A stretch of 64,000 nucleotides of DNA from Nemertoderma westbladi (GCA_032718475.1 JAUCBJ010007955.1:124001-188000); one strand, 5' to 3'; shown: positions 51,774-63,700, numbered from the stretch's first letter. Made by a program: numbers and translations. The notes: a model not told the origin generated them from the letters alone.

Positions 51774-52764
51774 CTATTTTGTTATATTATATCAACTTAC
51801 TCGCTTTTGTAATGTTTAGGAATATTTATGAAATTCATACCCTTTTTATTTTTAATATAGTAAAGAAATATCCGTTACTGTAACAACTGTACGGTAAGTA
51901 ATCTTACCCTTACTTAGCCAGCCTACAATGGCTATTATCAATGGAGAATATTCTCGACGCGTTCCAGAAGTTTATTGTTACTAAAGTTACTAAGTGCTTT
52001 TCTGTGTTACGAGGATATCTCCAAAGAGTGCTGATATATAATAAGTTATATATAATATACAGCTATACAGTTATATATACAATATACAGTTATATATAAT
52101 ATATAACTATATTTATCTATATTAGATATAGTATCGATATGTACTATAATAGATATAGTTATATATAATTATTTTCCATAATGTAACAAAAATACTTTCA
52201 TGGTTTATTAACTTATTTAGTTAAAAGTTGTTGTTGAAGATGAACATCCAATAATTACAAAAAAATAAATGAAAAAATGATGCACGGTTAAAGCCACCGC
52301 TACCGTAGCAGCTTTGCAATCTAATAAACATATAACAACTAATAAATATTATTTAAGTTATCATTATCAACCATTTAAATTCCGTTGCTAAAATAATTTA
52401 ATTTAATTAGTGAAAACTTATACTTTCAACTGATAGATAATATGGTATCATTTTACAATGAATATTAAATAATTCCTTAAAAACTGTCAGTTAATTAAAC
52501 AGGACTTTGAAAGAGCTTAACAGTTGGAAAATTATTCGTTAAAAAAAACATTTACAATTTATATTTTATTACTCATGACTTCTGCTTCCGGAGGAGCCCA
52601 AAAAATGTTAGCTAAGGCTAAAAGACGAGCGCCTTCAGTGCCTAAACTCGTTAAACTAACGCCAGTGTATCCGATCTCGTGTGCACCAGAGCATTCCGAA
52701 CAGCTCATCCTGCTAGCGGAACAGTTAAACTAACATATGGGGTGAATGGAGTGAGTGGGGTGAT

Positions 52765-53282
52765 ATGGAGTGAGTTACAGTAAAGGGGAAACAAACGAAC
52801 CAGGTATTTCATAGGTGGTTGCAGGGACATGATAGAAGGCTATCTAGAATTCTAACAAGTTTAGGGCTTGGTATATAAAACTCCATGGTTTACATTACTC
52901 CGTGGTTTATATTACATCCTTATCAACAAACGTGGAGAAACAACAGCTCGTTCAACCTAATTGCTTCGGACCACAGAATTGTGACTGCAGAGATCAGACT
53001 CAGTTTGACAGCCATCAAACCCAGGACAAGCAAGCAAATCAACTATGACTGGGAGAAACTCAGAACTGACAATGCAGTAAAGGATGCTTATACAGTAGAA
53101 GTTTAAAACAGCTTTGAAGCACTTCAGTCAATGGATGAAGACCAGTCCACCGATTCAATATACCAGAATATAATAACAGCCCACAAGGAATCAGCTAAGA
53201 GGCATATCCCCCAGAAACCCAAACGAAAACAGTATGTGCAATCGCAAAACTCTGAGGTTACTTGTAAGAGAGAAGATCTTAA
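52765..53282 (+). mobile_element. RTE-derived composite fragment containing the empty site of the ribozyme insert
   Basis: 53056-53282 is nearly identical to 13176-13402; GTGGTTTATATTACATCCTTATCAAC at ~52902-52927. Confidence 0.85.
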
Positions 53283-53768
53283 TGGGGGGTAGCGCTTTTT
53301 TAACAAAGTCAATGAAAACCAATGGTAACAAGGCTTTGTCCAAATTGAATAATTTTTGGTATATGGGTCAATCGATAGACGATAACTGTAGGTGGTTTTT
53401 TTTTTAATTTGTATTATTAATTATTAATTTATATGACCGGTGTAATATATACCGGAATAAACCGGTGTAAATAAAAAATAGAGATGTTACAATTCATGTT
53501 TCATACAATGTAATTTTCAAATTAAAATGTCTCAAAAAAAGTGCCAAAAGTGAGGTTAAAAATGGTGCTATAACTATAAAGACTATAAGACTATAACTAT
53601 AAGACTACATACATACTTGTTTCAAAGTACTTTACAGTGTTCTGATCCTCGGGGCTTTATTTGTGCTACTTTACACAAAGTATTATTTATCACAAGTAGT
53701 TAGTTATTAAGTAGTTCTTAGTACATTTAGGATTTCGGAATTTTACTCTTCGGAACTAACTGTCCATC

Positions 53769-54218
53769 ATGGCCCATAATGGAATCTATAGCGATACAGA
53801 GATACCATTGGATGAAATCCCAGATCATCAGGAAGGCGTTTATGACGTCATACCGGATAAGATAATTTCCTCACCAACCACGTCACAGTCCTCACAGAAT
53901 ATAGGAGATCGCGTTAATGAGGGCCGTGTTGTTTCAGCTAGAAGTTGGTGGGTTGTGGTTATTATTGGAGTGTTGTTGGTTGCGTTGTTGGTGGTGGGGG
54001 CGACGATAGCAGCTTCGTCTTATTTACTTCAACAGAAGTTTACTGAACAGATTCGTGACTTGAACGACAGTACTATGATAAACAACTTAAATAAAACAGC
54101 GTCTGCCATAGTCTACCATGTTAAAGAATTTCCCGAACGGCTCTTGCCCCGCCTACTTACTATGATTACCATTGTGTCACCCCGCCCACTTACTATGGTT
54201 ACCATTGTGTATATGTAA
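53769..54218 (+). CDS. Putative single-pass type II membrane protein (149 aa), C-terminus possibly disrupted
   Basis: ATG in CATCATGG context; Tyr motifs (GIYSD, VYDVI); TM WWVVVIIGVLLVALLVVGATIAAS; N-glycosylation sequons NDS and NKT. Confidence 0.55.
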   Translation: MAHNGIYSDTEIPLDEIPDHQEGVYDVIPDKIISSPTTSQSSQNIGDRVNEGRVVSARSWWVVVIIGVLLVALLVVGATIAASSYLLQQKFTEQIRDLNDSTMINNLNKTASAIVYHVKEFPERLLPRLLTMITIVSPRPLTMVTIVYM

Positions 54219-54474
54219 CATATGTCACCACTGTGTATATGTGACATATGTGGTATAAGGCCAGTCCGCAGACGGAAGTTATTTAATTAATTCGTGTCTA
54301 CCGGTTGGCGTTTGACCTTGAACCGCAATAGGTAAAACCCAATATCGCTAAGCAACAAGTTGTGGGGCGAGCCGCGAATTGAGTGTAAGGTTATAGTATT
54401 TATAATATTATTTTTAATTTGATTATTATACTTAAATCCATCACCATTACTATTTTAAAATTTCTTCCACCACC

Positions 54475-54912
54475 TCACCCATTTATCCCGCTATCCTCGC
54501 TATCTACATCCTCCACATTATTACCATTACCACCGCCACCGCCTAACATCTCCAACATTCCCATCAACATCTCAATCCTTTCTTTCATCGCCTTCTCCCG
54601 CGCACACCTCTCAGCCTCCCTCGCTCTCCTAACCCCCTCAGCCGCCATCTCCAACTCCCAATCTTCTCCCCACACAATCTTGTTCTTTTTTGCCTCTTCC
54701 TCCAAATAATAATTTTTCTCTATCTCTTCCCACTCATTTCTCGGATTCAACAATCTCTCCAACCGCGATTCTTCTTTTTCTCTCTCGTAAATCGCCACCA
54801 GTATCATCTCATTCTCCTTATCAATTTCATCTGCTTCAATCTCATTTTCCTCCTCCTCCTCCTCCTTATCAACCTCATCCACCGCAATCTCATTTTCTCC
54901 CACCTCATCCAT
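54475..54912 (-). CDS. Highly acidic hypothetical protein (145 aa)
   Basis: Glu/Asp-rich ORF flanked by AT-rich spacers; no recognisable domain. Confidence 0.5.
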   Translation of the reverse strand: MDEVGENEIAVDEVDKEEEEEENEIEADEIDKENEMILVAIYEREKEESRLERLLNPRNEWEEIEKNYYLEEEAKKNKIVWGEDWELEMAAEGVRRAREAERCAREKAMKERIEMLMGMLEMLGGGGGNGNNVEDVDSEDSGING

Positions 54913-55137
54913 AATATATATATAGTATAATAAATAAAATAAATATGTGTATAATAATAAATAATACTATAAATAAATTTATATAATATTTATTTCAATC
55001 GATAATTCATTATACCAACAAATAATTTACCACCACAAAATAATAATAATAATAATTTAACCATGTCTGGCTCGCTGCAGCGACACTGCCTACGAACAGG
55101 GTCTATTTATATAATAAAGTTTCTACCGCTCGAAGAT

Positions 55138-56436
55138 TCACACTGAATGTTTATTCTTCTTTATTTGAGGTTGCCCATTAGTCTCGATTTCATTGAAAAT
55201 GTCTTCACCATCATCCATATCATTTACGATGTCCTCTTCAAAGTCGCTGATATCTTCATACGCATAGCTAGGTGTTTTATTCACGATGAGATCAATTTTT
55301 CGCTTAAGCGCTTGTTCTTTCATGGCTTTAGGTGTTTTCATCTTCATCTGAGCACTCACACCCCCAACAAGGGTATCAATATCCTTATAATCATTATTTT
55401 TTTCAGCGCCGTCTACCCGTTCATTTTCTGCAATCGCGGGCAACCAGATTTTTTTCTCATCCATTTTCTTAGCAGTGACTTTTACTGCTTCGGACGTCTT
55501 CAGCTGACTAGCGTTGTTCGGCATTTCCACTTTCATTAGTTCCTCGTCCGCTAATTCATCAATCGCAGCCTCAACAACTAACTTTTTAATCGGTAGAAAC
55601 TCACACCCAGACGGGATATCGTAGCCCGCGTACTTCTGTAATTGCTTAATTATCTGGACATTTGTGTTGTTTCGAGGGATGAAAATAACCTTGGTGTCGA
55701 AGTTGTGGGACAAATATATCCCGTTTTCGTTAACGGTTGATGTGTACCTCATACTAACCTCATCGATATTCTCCTTAACATTCTTATCTATGTTAAAGTC
55801 GAGCAAACAGAATTCATCCGCTCTGAGATTCAACCCATCGTAATATAGAACACCCTTCCATTGTCTACCTATATCATCCGCTTCCCAAACGCCGACAAAT
55901 CATTGCCCTTCAAAGTCGTAGATATATCCAATGTACCCACAATCTTCGAACTCCATAAAATTATCACCGTGAATTTCCTTTTTCTTCGGTTCAATACGGG
56001 AAAGAACGACTTTGCCGTAGATGCTTTGTAAGACATCTAGAATTTTTCGCGAGATAAAAATTGATGCGCCGTTTTTCCCAATGCGTAAGTACGCGTGATT
56101 TATTGGCGTTGTAAGCAAATTGCCTCTGGTGTATTCCTTGTAATATTCAATGGCTATTTTCTTATAATTGAGGAAGTCAAATAGGAATCTTATGTTCTGG
56201 TAAGTAAGACTTACCGATTCTTGCACGACGTTGCGTCCTTTGGTATCACCCCAACGGTTGAATCGAACGTATCTCCCGTTAAATGCTTTTATTTCTATTC
56301 CTTCCCCCAAACACTCGAGGCCCCACACACTCTTACCTGTAATCACCGATACGTATGGGGCGGGCTCACTATCAGTAGAGCTACCGCTTAATGACATCAT
56401 TTTTGGTTGTGATGGTTTCACAGATTCCATCAACAA
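55138..56436 (-). pseudogene. ~430-aa protein with tandem PC4-like (ssDNA-binding) modules, one in-frame TGA at 55900-55902
   Basis: ORFs 55900-56436 and 55138-55833 share a frame with open sequence between them. Modules AFNGRYVRFNRW...ESVSLTYQNIRFL and DFEGQ*FVGVWE...DGLNLRADEFCLL resemble the PC4 pattern F.G...V.IR....GI.L...W/F..L. Confidence 0.55.
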
Positions 56437-57019
56437 ATTTTGCGAAATATTAATAATTAAGTGTAAAAATACAATAATATCACGCTAAACAATGTGCAAA
56501 AAATATGAAATAATGAATTATAACCCGAATGACGAAATAAAGTATTTTACGACGTATTTATAATATAATGATGGGCTATCGGGATAACGGGTATATTTTA
56601 ACCACTCAACCGGTTTAATCGCTATTGTCCTGAGAGAATTTTTTTTTTAAAAACTTCCTAAATTTCAAAGGAAATATTTATTTACGCTTAAATTGGTTGA
56701 TATAAGTGGTAACAGCTTGCGGTGGCGATTAATGCGGTCTATATAAATTTTTATAGACACACCCCCGAAATTCCACAGAATATTACTCACGGTTAAATTG
56801 ATTGACGTCAACTGTATTAACTGTGTAGCTTCTTAGAAGTTTCATAATTTTAAGCATGAGCGAATTTAATTTAATGTCGGCATCGCAAACTTTCTCTCCC
56901 GATGGATATTTTTCTGTAATCATTTACTAAAAACGAATGATTGCGGCGCACGAACGACGTTTTAAAGACACACCCATTATAAATATACCCATTGGTCAAA
57001 ATATTATTGATTAAGCGAC

Positions 57020-57652
57020 ATGACAATACTGGGGCAGCTTGAGTCTATAGATAAGATCATTTTTTCAAATATATTATTCATTGTTACCTTTCTTTTCGGA
57101 ATTTTTTTAGGTAAAATACGCCGTAATAAAAAAATGTTTCCAATAATACAAGCTGAAAATAGTTACCGCGGTCCTAATTCAATTATTCCAATTAAAATTG
57201 AATTGTTAAGCACGGCAGCTCGGGCACCTGTATGCGGTTCATATAGTCCAGCTGGGATTGACATATATAGCGCCGTGAATAGAACAATAGAGCCGCACTC
57301 ACGAATGTTAATTGAGACGGGTGTTAAAATATATTTACCCGCCAATTATTTTGGAAGAATTACACTGACTTTTAGCTTGACAAAAATTGGCATTGATGTT
57401 GCAGAATGTGCGGTCGATTCCAGTGTCGCGCGCGGTAATATAGATCAACTTGTAATTATATTGATTAACAACACATCTAAGGAATACGTTGTAACATCGG
57501 GCAATAAAATATGCCAGCTTATATGCCAACAATGTAATGCGGCAATACTCTACGTTTCTAATATTTATTCGGATGATTATTTTGGGCTTTTACCGACGAA
57601 TTTAACGCCGTATGGGGAAGAGATTAATTCAGCATTTCACCGCACATATTAA
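57020..57652 (+). CDS. dUTPase-like protein with degenerate catalytic motifs and N-terminal hydrophobic segment
   Basis: AGIDIYS (motif I), LIETGVKI, YFGRI, ILIN, GNKICQLI (motif IV); motifs II and III altered, motif V absent. Confidence 0.85.
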   Translation: MTILGQLESIDKIIFSNILFIVTFLFGIFLGKIRRNKKMFPIIQAENSYRGPNSIIPIKIELLSTAARAPVCGSYSPAGIDIYSAVNRTIEPHSRMLIETGVKIYLPANYFGRITLTFSLTKIGIDVAECAVDSSVARGNIDQLVIILINNTSKEYVVTSGNKICQLICQQCNAAILYVSNIYSDDYFGLLPTNLTPYGEEINSAFHRTY

Positions 57653-58106
57653 ATATGTGACATTAAACGCATAACACCAAACTCGGGTGGTGACACATGT
57701 CAATACTATTTCAATACTCTTACACGCGATTATACAACATAGTTAATAGAGCATATAAATAGGATAATTGTCAGTTCAGTAAATTTTGGTTGGTTAAACG
57801 GTTTCTAGCGCGGGTGGCTGGTTGACTGGGTATTGGATATATTTATCTACATAAAATCTGCCGCATCTCTTTCATCGGCATATTGTAAATATGTTTTCTG
57901 TACCTACGTTAATAAATATATTATAATCGTAATAATAATAATAATTATAATGATGGAGATTAATTGCATTTTTTGCGGTTGTACTATACTTAAGAAAAAT
58001 TATTTACGGCATTTACGCACATTTCGATGGGTATGTTTGCGATAATTGTAATTGCCGAACTACTTCTGAAAGAATAGCAATATTTCACAGTAATAGATGT
58101 TGCGGG

Positions 58107-61100
58107 TTGTCTCGCCCGAATTACATCTACCGTGGTTACACGCTATCCTGCCCGACATGCTCTGATGATTTTGAAAACTTCGATTCATATATCGAACATA
58201 GTTGCCATCAAAACCATTACAATTCCCGCAAACGCAAACATAACCAAAAACAATCAGAACCGACATTTCAATCGGATCTCAACGTTGGTTCGCCTGTAAG
58301 CATTACAAACAGCTCAGATACACCCAACGAAGGTTTTCATCTCTCAAAAACATGTCACGAATCACGCGTTCAGGAATATACTCATAATGTACCATCTAAT
58401 GAGATGTATCCGGATGTGCCGAATTATTTAAATTATATGGGGATATATGCTTCGCGCGCTTTTAACACGGCTGCATCGGCTTTCATTGATATGTTTTATA
58501 AAGTGTGGGTGATTGCTTCGGTGATAATGGAACGTGATGATGCTAATTATACTCTACAAGAAGAATTCCATTTTACTTCGATCGGTACAGATAATTATAT
58601 TGAAAATAGCTCGGATTTTGACGAATGGTACTACACAGTCATTTCCCATATCGGTCCATTCCCCCATCGGTTATTATAATGGTGATAAAATTTTCAATAG
58701 TTCAACTAAAAAATTGATGTTAACCCAATTTGATAAGTATGAGTACGGTGTGCATCTAAAATTATTGCGCTTTTATATTCATCATGGTATACGCTTGATT
58801 AAAGTTCATAAACTTATTAGATTTAAGCAAGGTTACATTTTTAAGGAGTTTATTGAATATAACACCCAGCAAAGAAAAATAGCAAGCGATGATGACTTTT
58901 ATGATAAGTTTCACAAAGGAACAAATAACGCGCTTTTCGGGAAAAGCATGGAGAATATACGGGACCGTGTCTCATTTCGCTTATGTAATTCAATCGAGAA
59001 ATGTGACTTATTATTATCCAAGCCGAATCACGAAAATTTAATTATGTTCACTGATTCATTATCAGGTCACGTCCTATCTAAGACTGCGGTTTGTTTGCAT
59101 AAACCTATTTTTTTAGGCCAAGCTGTATTGGACCTGTCGAAGTTAGATTATTACAGTTTCTTCTACGAGAAATTAAAGCCCCTGGAAGCCGAATTAAATT
59201 GTAGTATAAATTTGTTAGGTGGGGACACGGATTCTTTTTTTTTACAGTGTGTTGGTTTATCCCAACACCAATTTTTATCTGCGTTACAATTAAAAAAAGT
59301 TTTAGACTGTTCAAATTATCCTATTACACATCCGTTGTATACAGTAGAACAGAAAGGGAAATATAGATATTTAAAGGATGAAGGGAAGTCTATCCCGTTT
59401 GACCAGGTTATTTTACTTAGACCAAAATGTTATAGCTTTCGTGGGGGGTCAGTTCCAAAACGTGTCGCTAAAGGCGTAGGAAAAATGGTTATAAAAAAGA
59501 AACTCTCCCACGAATCATATTTAAAAGTATATAACGACGTAGGGTGGTCCTTATTTCAATGTAAAATTTAAAAGTTGTGGAAATTCACCCCTGACCCCCC
59601 CAAGTCCTTTCTTCTGATAAAAAAACACCTTGAGTAAAATTTGAGCACAAATGATATATATTTAGAAGTAGCTCAAACACCCTGAAGTTGAGCGTTTGGA
59701 CACCGTTTGATCGCGCGCGAAGAATATAATAGATTTGCTGATATGAAGGCTTCTGTTGGTCGTACATAGTTAATTTTAGGCTTAATCGAACCGCAATCAT
59801 CGATTTAGTGAGTGTAGATACCTTCAAAACAAGTGCTAAGCTAGTAGTTCTTGAGATATCACACAAAAGCTTAAGCCCGGCAGAACTCATCAATCTATCA
59901 TTCAATTGATTGCGCCAAGGACATATTGAAATATTGGCATTAACATTCTGTAGGTCTTCTACCTCCCCCTCCCTGCATCTTATTTCAGTTAAACTCTATT
60001 TTAGCATTGTCTAACCATTCAAAGCTATGTTTAGTAAAAACATTTCATCACAAACCAATGGGAAATGCTTGCACGAGCATCACTAATTTGTGCCTAAGCG
60101 CCATTTGGTACGATATCAATAATTGGCCTCAAAACTTAACTTTTGGTTAATTATATCTAGGAACTGTTCATTTAATTTGATTTTGACTGATTTTAAGGTG
60201 CAGAGCCCAAAAATCTCATCTGATTTGTATTTTAAAATGATATAGTGCACGATATACAACAATACCATATTGTACTTCAAAGCATATTAAAAGGATTGAT
60301 AGATACAGTGATATGTGCATCAAGCGACCATAAGAGTACTATATGGGAAGCTTTGAACATATGCATTATACATAATTAGACAATGCTGATTTCAAATCTG
60401 ATTTCACATTTGCCCTGCCCCATCAAGTTTTCTCACAATTGCCAATTTGAATTCAAAAAACTTATCGCAAACGACTATGATGAGTGATGTAGATGATTCA
60501 AATGAGAATCAAATATGCTCAAAATCAATCTAAAACATTGAATGGAGCTTTGTTTATATGAATTATATATAACTAAAACAATGCTGATTCCAAATCGGCT
60601 TTCAGATTTGCCATGCTGCCATAGCATATCAAGTTTTTTCACAATTGCCAATTTGAGTTCAAATTACTTATTGCGAACAACTGTGATGAGTGAAGTAGAT
60701 TCAATAATAATCAAATAGGCTCCAAATCAATATAAAACATGGAAAAGAGCTTTGTTAATTTGAGTTATATATTAAACAATACAATCTATATGGTGAATCT
60801 GCTATCAGATTTACCATAGCATATGTTGTAGATTGATTTGGAGGCATATTTTATTATTATTGAATCTACTTTCACTCCATAACAATTGTTTGCGATAAGT
60901 AATTTGAATTCATATTGGCAATTGTGAAAAAACTTGATATCATATGGCAGTATGGCAAATCTGAAAGCAGATTTGGAATCAGCATTGTTTAATTATATAT
61001 AATTCATATAAAGCAAAGCTCCATTCAATGTTTTAGATTGATTTTTAGCATATTTGATTCTTATTTGAATCTACGCCACTCATCACAGTCGTTTGCAATA

Positions 61101-62216
61101 AGTTTTTAAACTCAAAGTGGCAATTGTGAAAAAACTTGATGTGGTAGGGCAAATGTGAAATCAGATTTGAAATCAGCATTGTCTATTTATGTATAATGCA
61201 TATGTTCAAAGCTTCCCATATAGTACTCTTATGGTCGCTTGATGCACATATCTCTGTATCTATCAATCCTTTTAATATGTTTTGAAGTACAATATGGTAT
61301 TGTTGTATATCATGCACTATATCATTTTAAAATACAAATCAGATGAGATTTTTGGGTTCTGCACCTTAAAATCAGTCAAAATCAAATTAAACTAACAGTC
61401 CCCAGATATAATTAACCAAAAGTTAAGTTTTGAGGCCAATTATTTATATCGTACCAAATGGCGCTTAGGGACTAATGGGTGATGCTCGTGCAAGCATTTC
61501 CCATGGGTTTGTGATTAATTTTTTTTTACTAAACATAGCTTTGAATGGTTGGGCAATGCTGAAATCGAGATAAATTTAAATAAGACTTAGGGAAGTAGAC
61601 CTAAAAAATGTTAATGCCAATATTTCAATATGTCCTTGGCGTAATCAACTGAATGATCGATTGATGAGTTGTGCCGGGCATAAGCTTTTGTGTGATATCT
61701 CAAAAACTACTAGCTTAGCACTTGTTTTGAAGGTATCTACACCCACTAAATCGATGATTGCGGTTCAAATAAGCCTAAAATTAACTCTGTACGACCAACA
61801 GAAGCCTTCATATCAGCAAACTCTATTATATTCGGCAATCAATCGGTGACCAGACGCTCAACTTCAGTGTGTTTGAGCTACCTCTAATATTTGATGTACA
61901 TGCTTAAAATTTCGCGTGTCGTATTTTTTGACGATATGGAAACATTTGAGGGGGTCAGAGATGATAAATTCCAACCTTTCAAAATAAGGACCACCCTAAA
62001 ACGAGGTTAGCGAGCATTACGAATACAGTCAAAGGTTTCAATCTAATTTACATAAAATATACACCGTTTCACAAAGAAAAAAATCGCTAACACTGTGGGA
62101 AGATAAAAGATACTACACATCGACTAATGAAAGTCTACCTTTCGGCCATTATAAAACACATTTGGATCGTAAAGCGCCTGCCCCTAAGCTTTATATACCG
62201 CCCATTATAGAATAGC
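58107..62216 (+). pseudogene. Protein-primed family B DNA polymerase (Polinton type), internally deleted and interrupted by a foldback element
   Basis: N-terminal Zn-finger-like segment; KGTNNALFGKS (motif B), GGDTDS (motif C), KDE, LRPKCYS, AKGV; C-terminal KSLTLWEDKRYY...LPFGHY resumes at ~62000. Exonuclease domain and motif A are missing. Confidence 0.92.
59542..61996. mobile_element. ~2.45-kb foldback DNA transposon (near-complete palindrome) flanked by TA
   Basis: TIR GGGTGGTCCTTATTT / AAATAAGGACCACCC; arms ~1.2 kb with loop ~60735-60830; ~200-bp internal subrepeats; mirrored ORFs 59585-59905(-) and 61661-61849(+). Confidence 0.93.
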
Positions 62217-62224
62217 GGATTGCG

Positions 62225-62722
62225 ATGTCTTTTAGTGTTGTCAACAGTAATATAAGTTTGAGGTTGGTTGATGGGTGCATATCATTCGATGTGCTGGCTA
62301 AACGAATTCGAAATGGAAAACTCATCTTAAAGCCTTTTCAATATATCACCAAAATTTGCGGATGGACGACGTGTCTCTTTTTCCCGAGCGGTAAGGTCAC
62401 TGTACTCGGTAAATCGCCTAAAATAAAAAAAATTATTAAGTATATATATAAGCATACTGATTATAAACTAACTTTTATTTCAATCAATAGCCAAACTTAT
62501 ATTATTAACAATCTAGACATAGACTATAGGAAATTAATGAAAACGGTCGGGTTTCATTTTTTAGATAATTATTATAATGTGGAGGTGAAATATGAGCCGG
62601 AGATATTTAATAATATTCTTGCGCAGTTTCATCGTCGGGGTAAAACTAGTTCTAATATCATAACATTTTGCGTTTTTTACACACGAAATGTTGTGTGTAT
62701 GGCAAGACCCGGGATATTTTGA
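62225..62722 (+). CDS. Divergent TATA-binding-protein-like protein
   Basis: Two TBP-like repeats: VVNSNIS...LAKR...TCLFFPSGKVTVLG and INSQT...YEPEIFNNI...FCVFYTRNVVCMA; intronless. Confidence 0.78.
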   Translation: MSFSVVNSNISLRLVDGCISFDVLAKRIRNGKLILKPFQYITKICGWTTCLFFPSGKVTVLGKSPKIKKIIKYIYKHTDYKLTFISINSQTYIINNLDIDYRKLMKTVGFHFLDNYYNVEVKYEPEIFNNILAQFHRRGKTSSNIITFCVFYTRNVVCMARPGIF

Positions 62723-63221
62723 GTATTTTTTCCAAAGTTTTTGAATTTTATTGGTAATTTAGATAGTCATTTAGGTAGAAATATTTAATTTTTTCATTTC
62801 TGGTGCCAGTTTTAGGTTTGTCCGGCGGGATCTCGTTAGGTTTTTAAATAAACTATTACTATTACTTTAAATATTACTATTATTCACATTATATATAACG
62901 TGTTTTATCGGTAGTCTTAGGTTGTCAAGGGCGTCAATTTCATTTCTGATGTCGGTTTATATTTACATAAATCTAGTCTATCTGTCTATTTGTCGGTCTT
63001 TCTGTCAGTCAGTATGTCAAAATTAATTCATTGTTCGCGTTATATAATGTATTTTATTAATTATCGATGTTAGGTTTTAAAGAGTGCTGGTTTCTATAAT
63101 TGCTCGGTTTTATCGCGTGAAAAACCCCACCCACGCATATACTCGATACTATTTATAACGGTGGCGGTGTTTTATTACTTACTATTATTGTTCTCGTTTA
63201 TATAAGTTATTAATATATGTA

Positions 63222-63683
63222 ATGAAATCACTCAAAGCTTTAATTAAACAATTTGACGGGGATTTAAAGTTCTTATCTAACGCCTCCCTTAACCGTAGAA
63301 AAACCTTCTTACGCGTCGGTGGAACCGATGAACTTATAAGTTTTCCAATTAATATTATTCTAAATGTATTAAATGGTAACGTCAAAATTCCTGAGCAAAC
63401 AATCGCGAGGTTAAAACGCCATAAAAAAACAATACGCGAGATCGCTAAAAAACCAAAAGCCAAGTATCCTATTCGAATTTACCGTAAACGATTGGTGCAA
63501 AGGGGCGGATTTATAAATCTACTAATCTCTGGTTTAATGAGTGGGCTTAACGCTTATCAGAAAATATCACCCATAATAACGGCTGTAAGAGGCAGAAAAT
63601 TAGCCCAATCCCGCTGGGGGTATAGACCTAGTACCTCTGGTACACGCGTCAACCGTCAAGTTTCTAGGTTTCCCATCTACTGA
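63222..63683 (+). CDS. Conserved small basic Polinton/adintovirus protein with QxGGF and an amphipathic helix
   Basis: NVLNGNVKI...LKRHKKTIREIA...RLVQRGGFINLLISGL, a pattern I recall from Maverick ORFs next to the ATPase. Confidence 0.8.
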   Translation: MKSLKALIKQFDGDLKFLSNASLNRRKTFLRVGGTDELISFPINIILNVLNGNVKIPEQTIARLKRHKKTIREIAKKPKAKYPIRIYRKRLVQRGGFINLLISGLMSGLNAYQKISPIITAVRGRKLAQSRWGYRPSTSGTRVNRQVSRFPIY

Positions 63684-63700
63684 GTGGCTACCTATCAACA

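Noticed and set aside
53690-53725. AGTAGT as the Polinton terminus
   Set aside because: No partner TIR in the window to test against, and the motif is common in AT-rich DNA.
57950-58090. Spliced 5' zinc-finger exon of pPolB (gtatgt...cacag)
   Set aside because: Donor phase 0 and acceptor phase 2 are incompatible; it may be decayed coding sequence, but this is unsupported.
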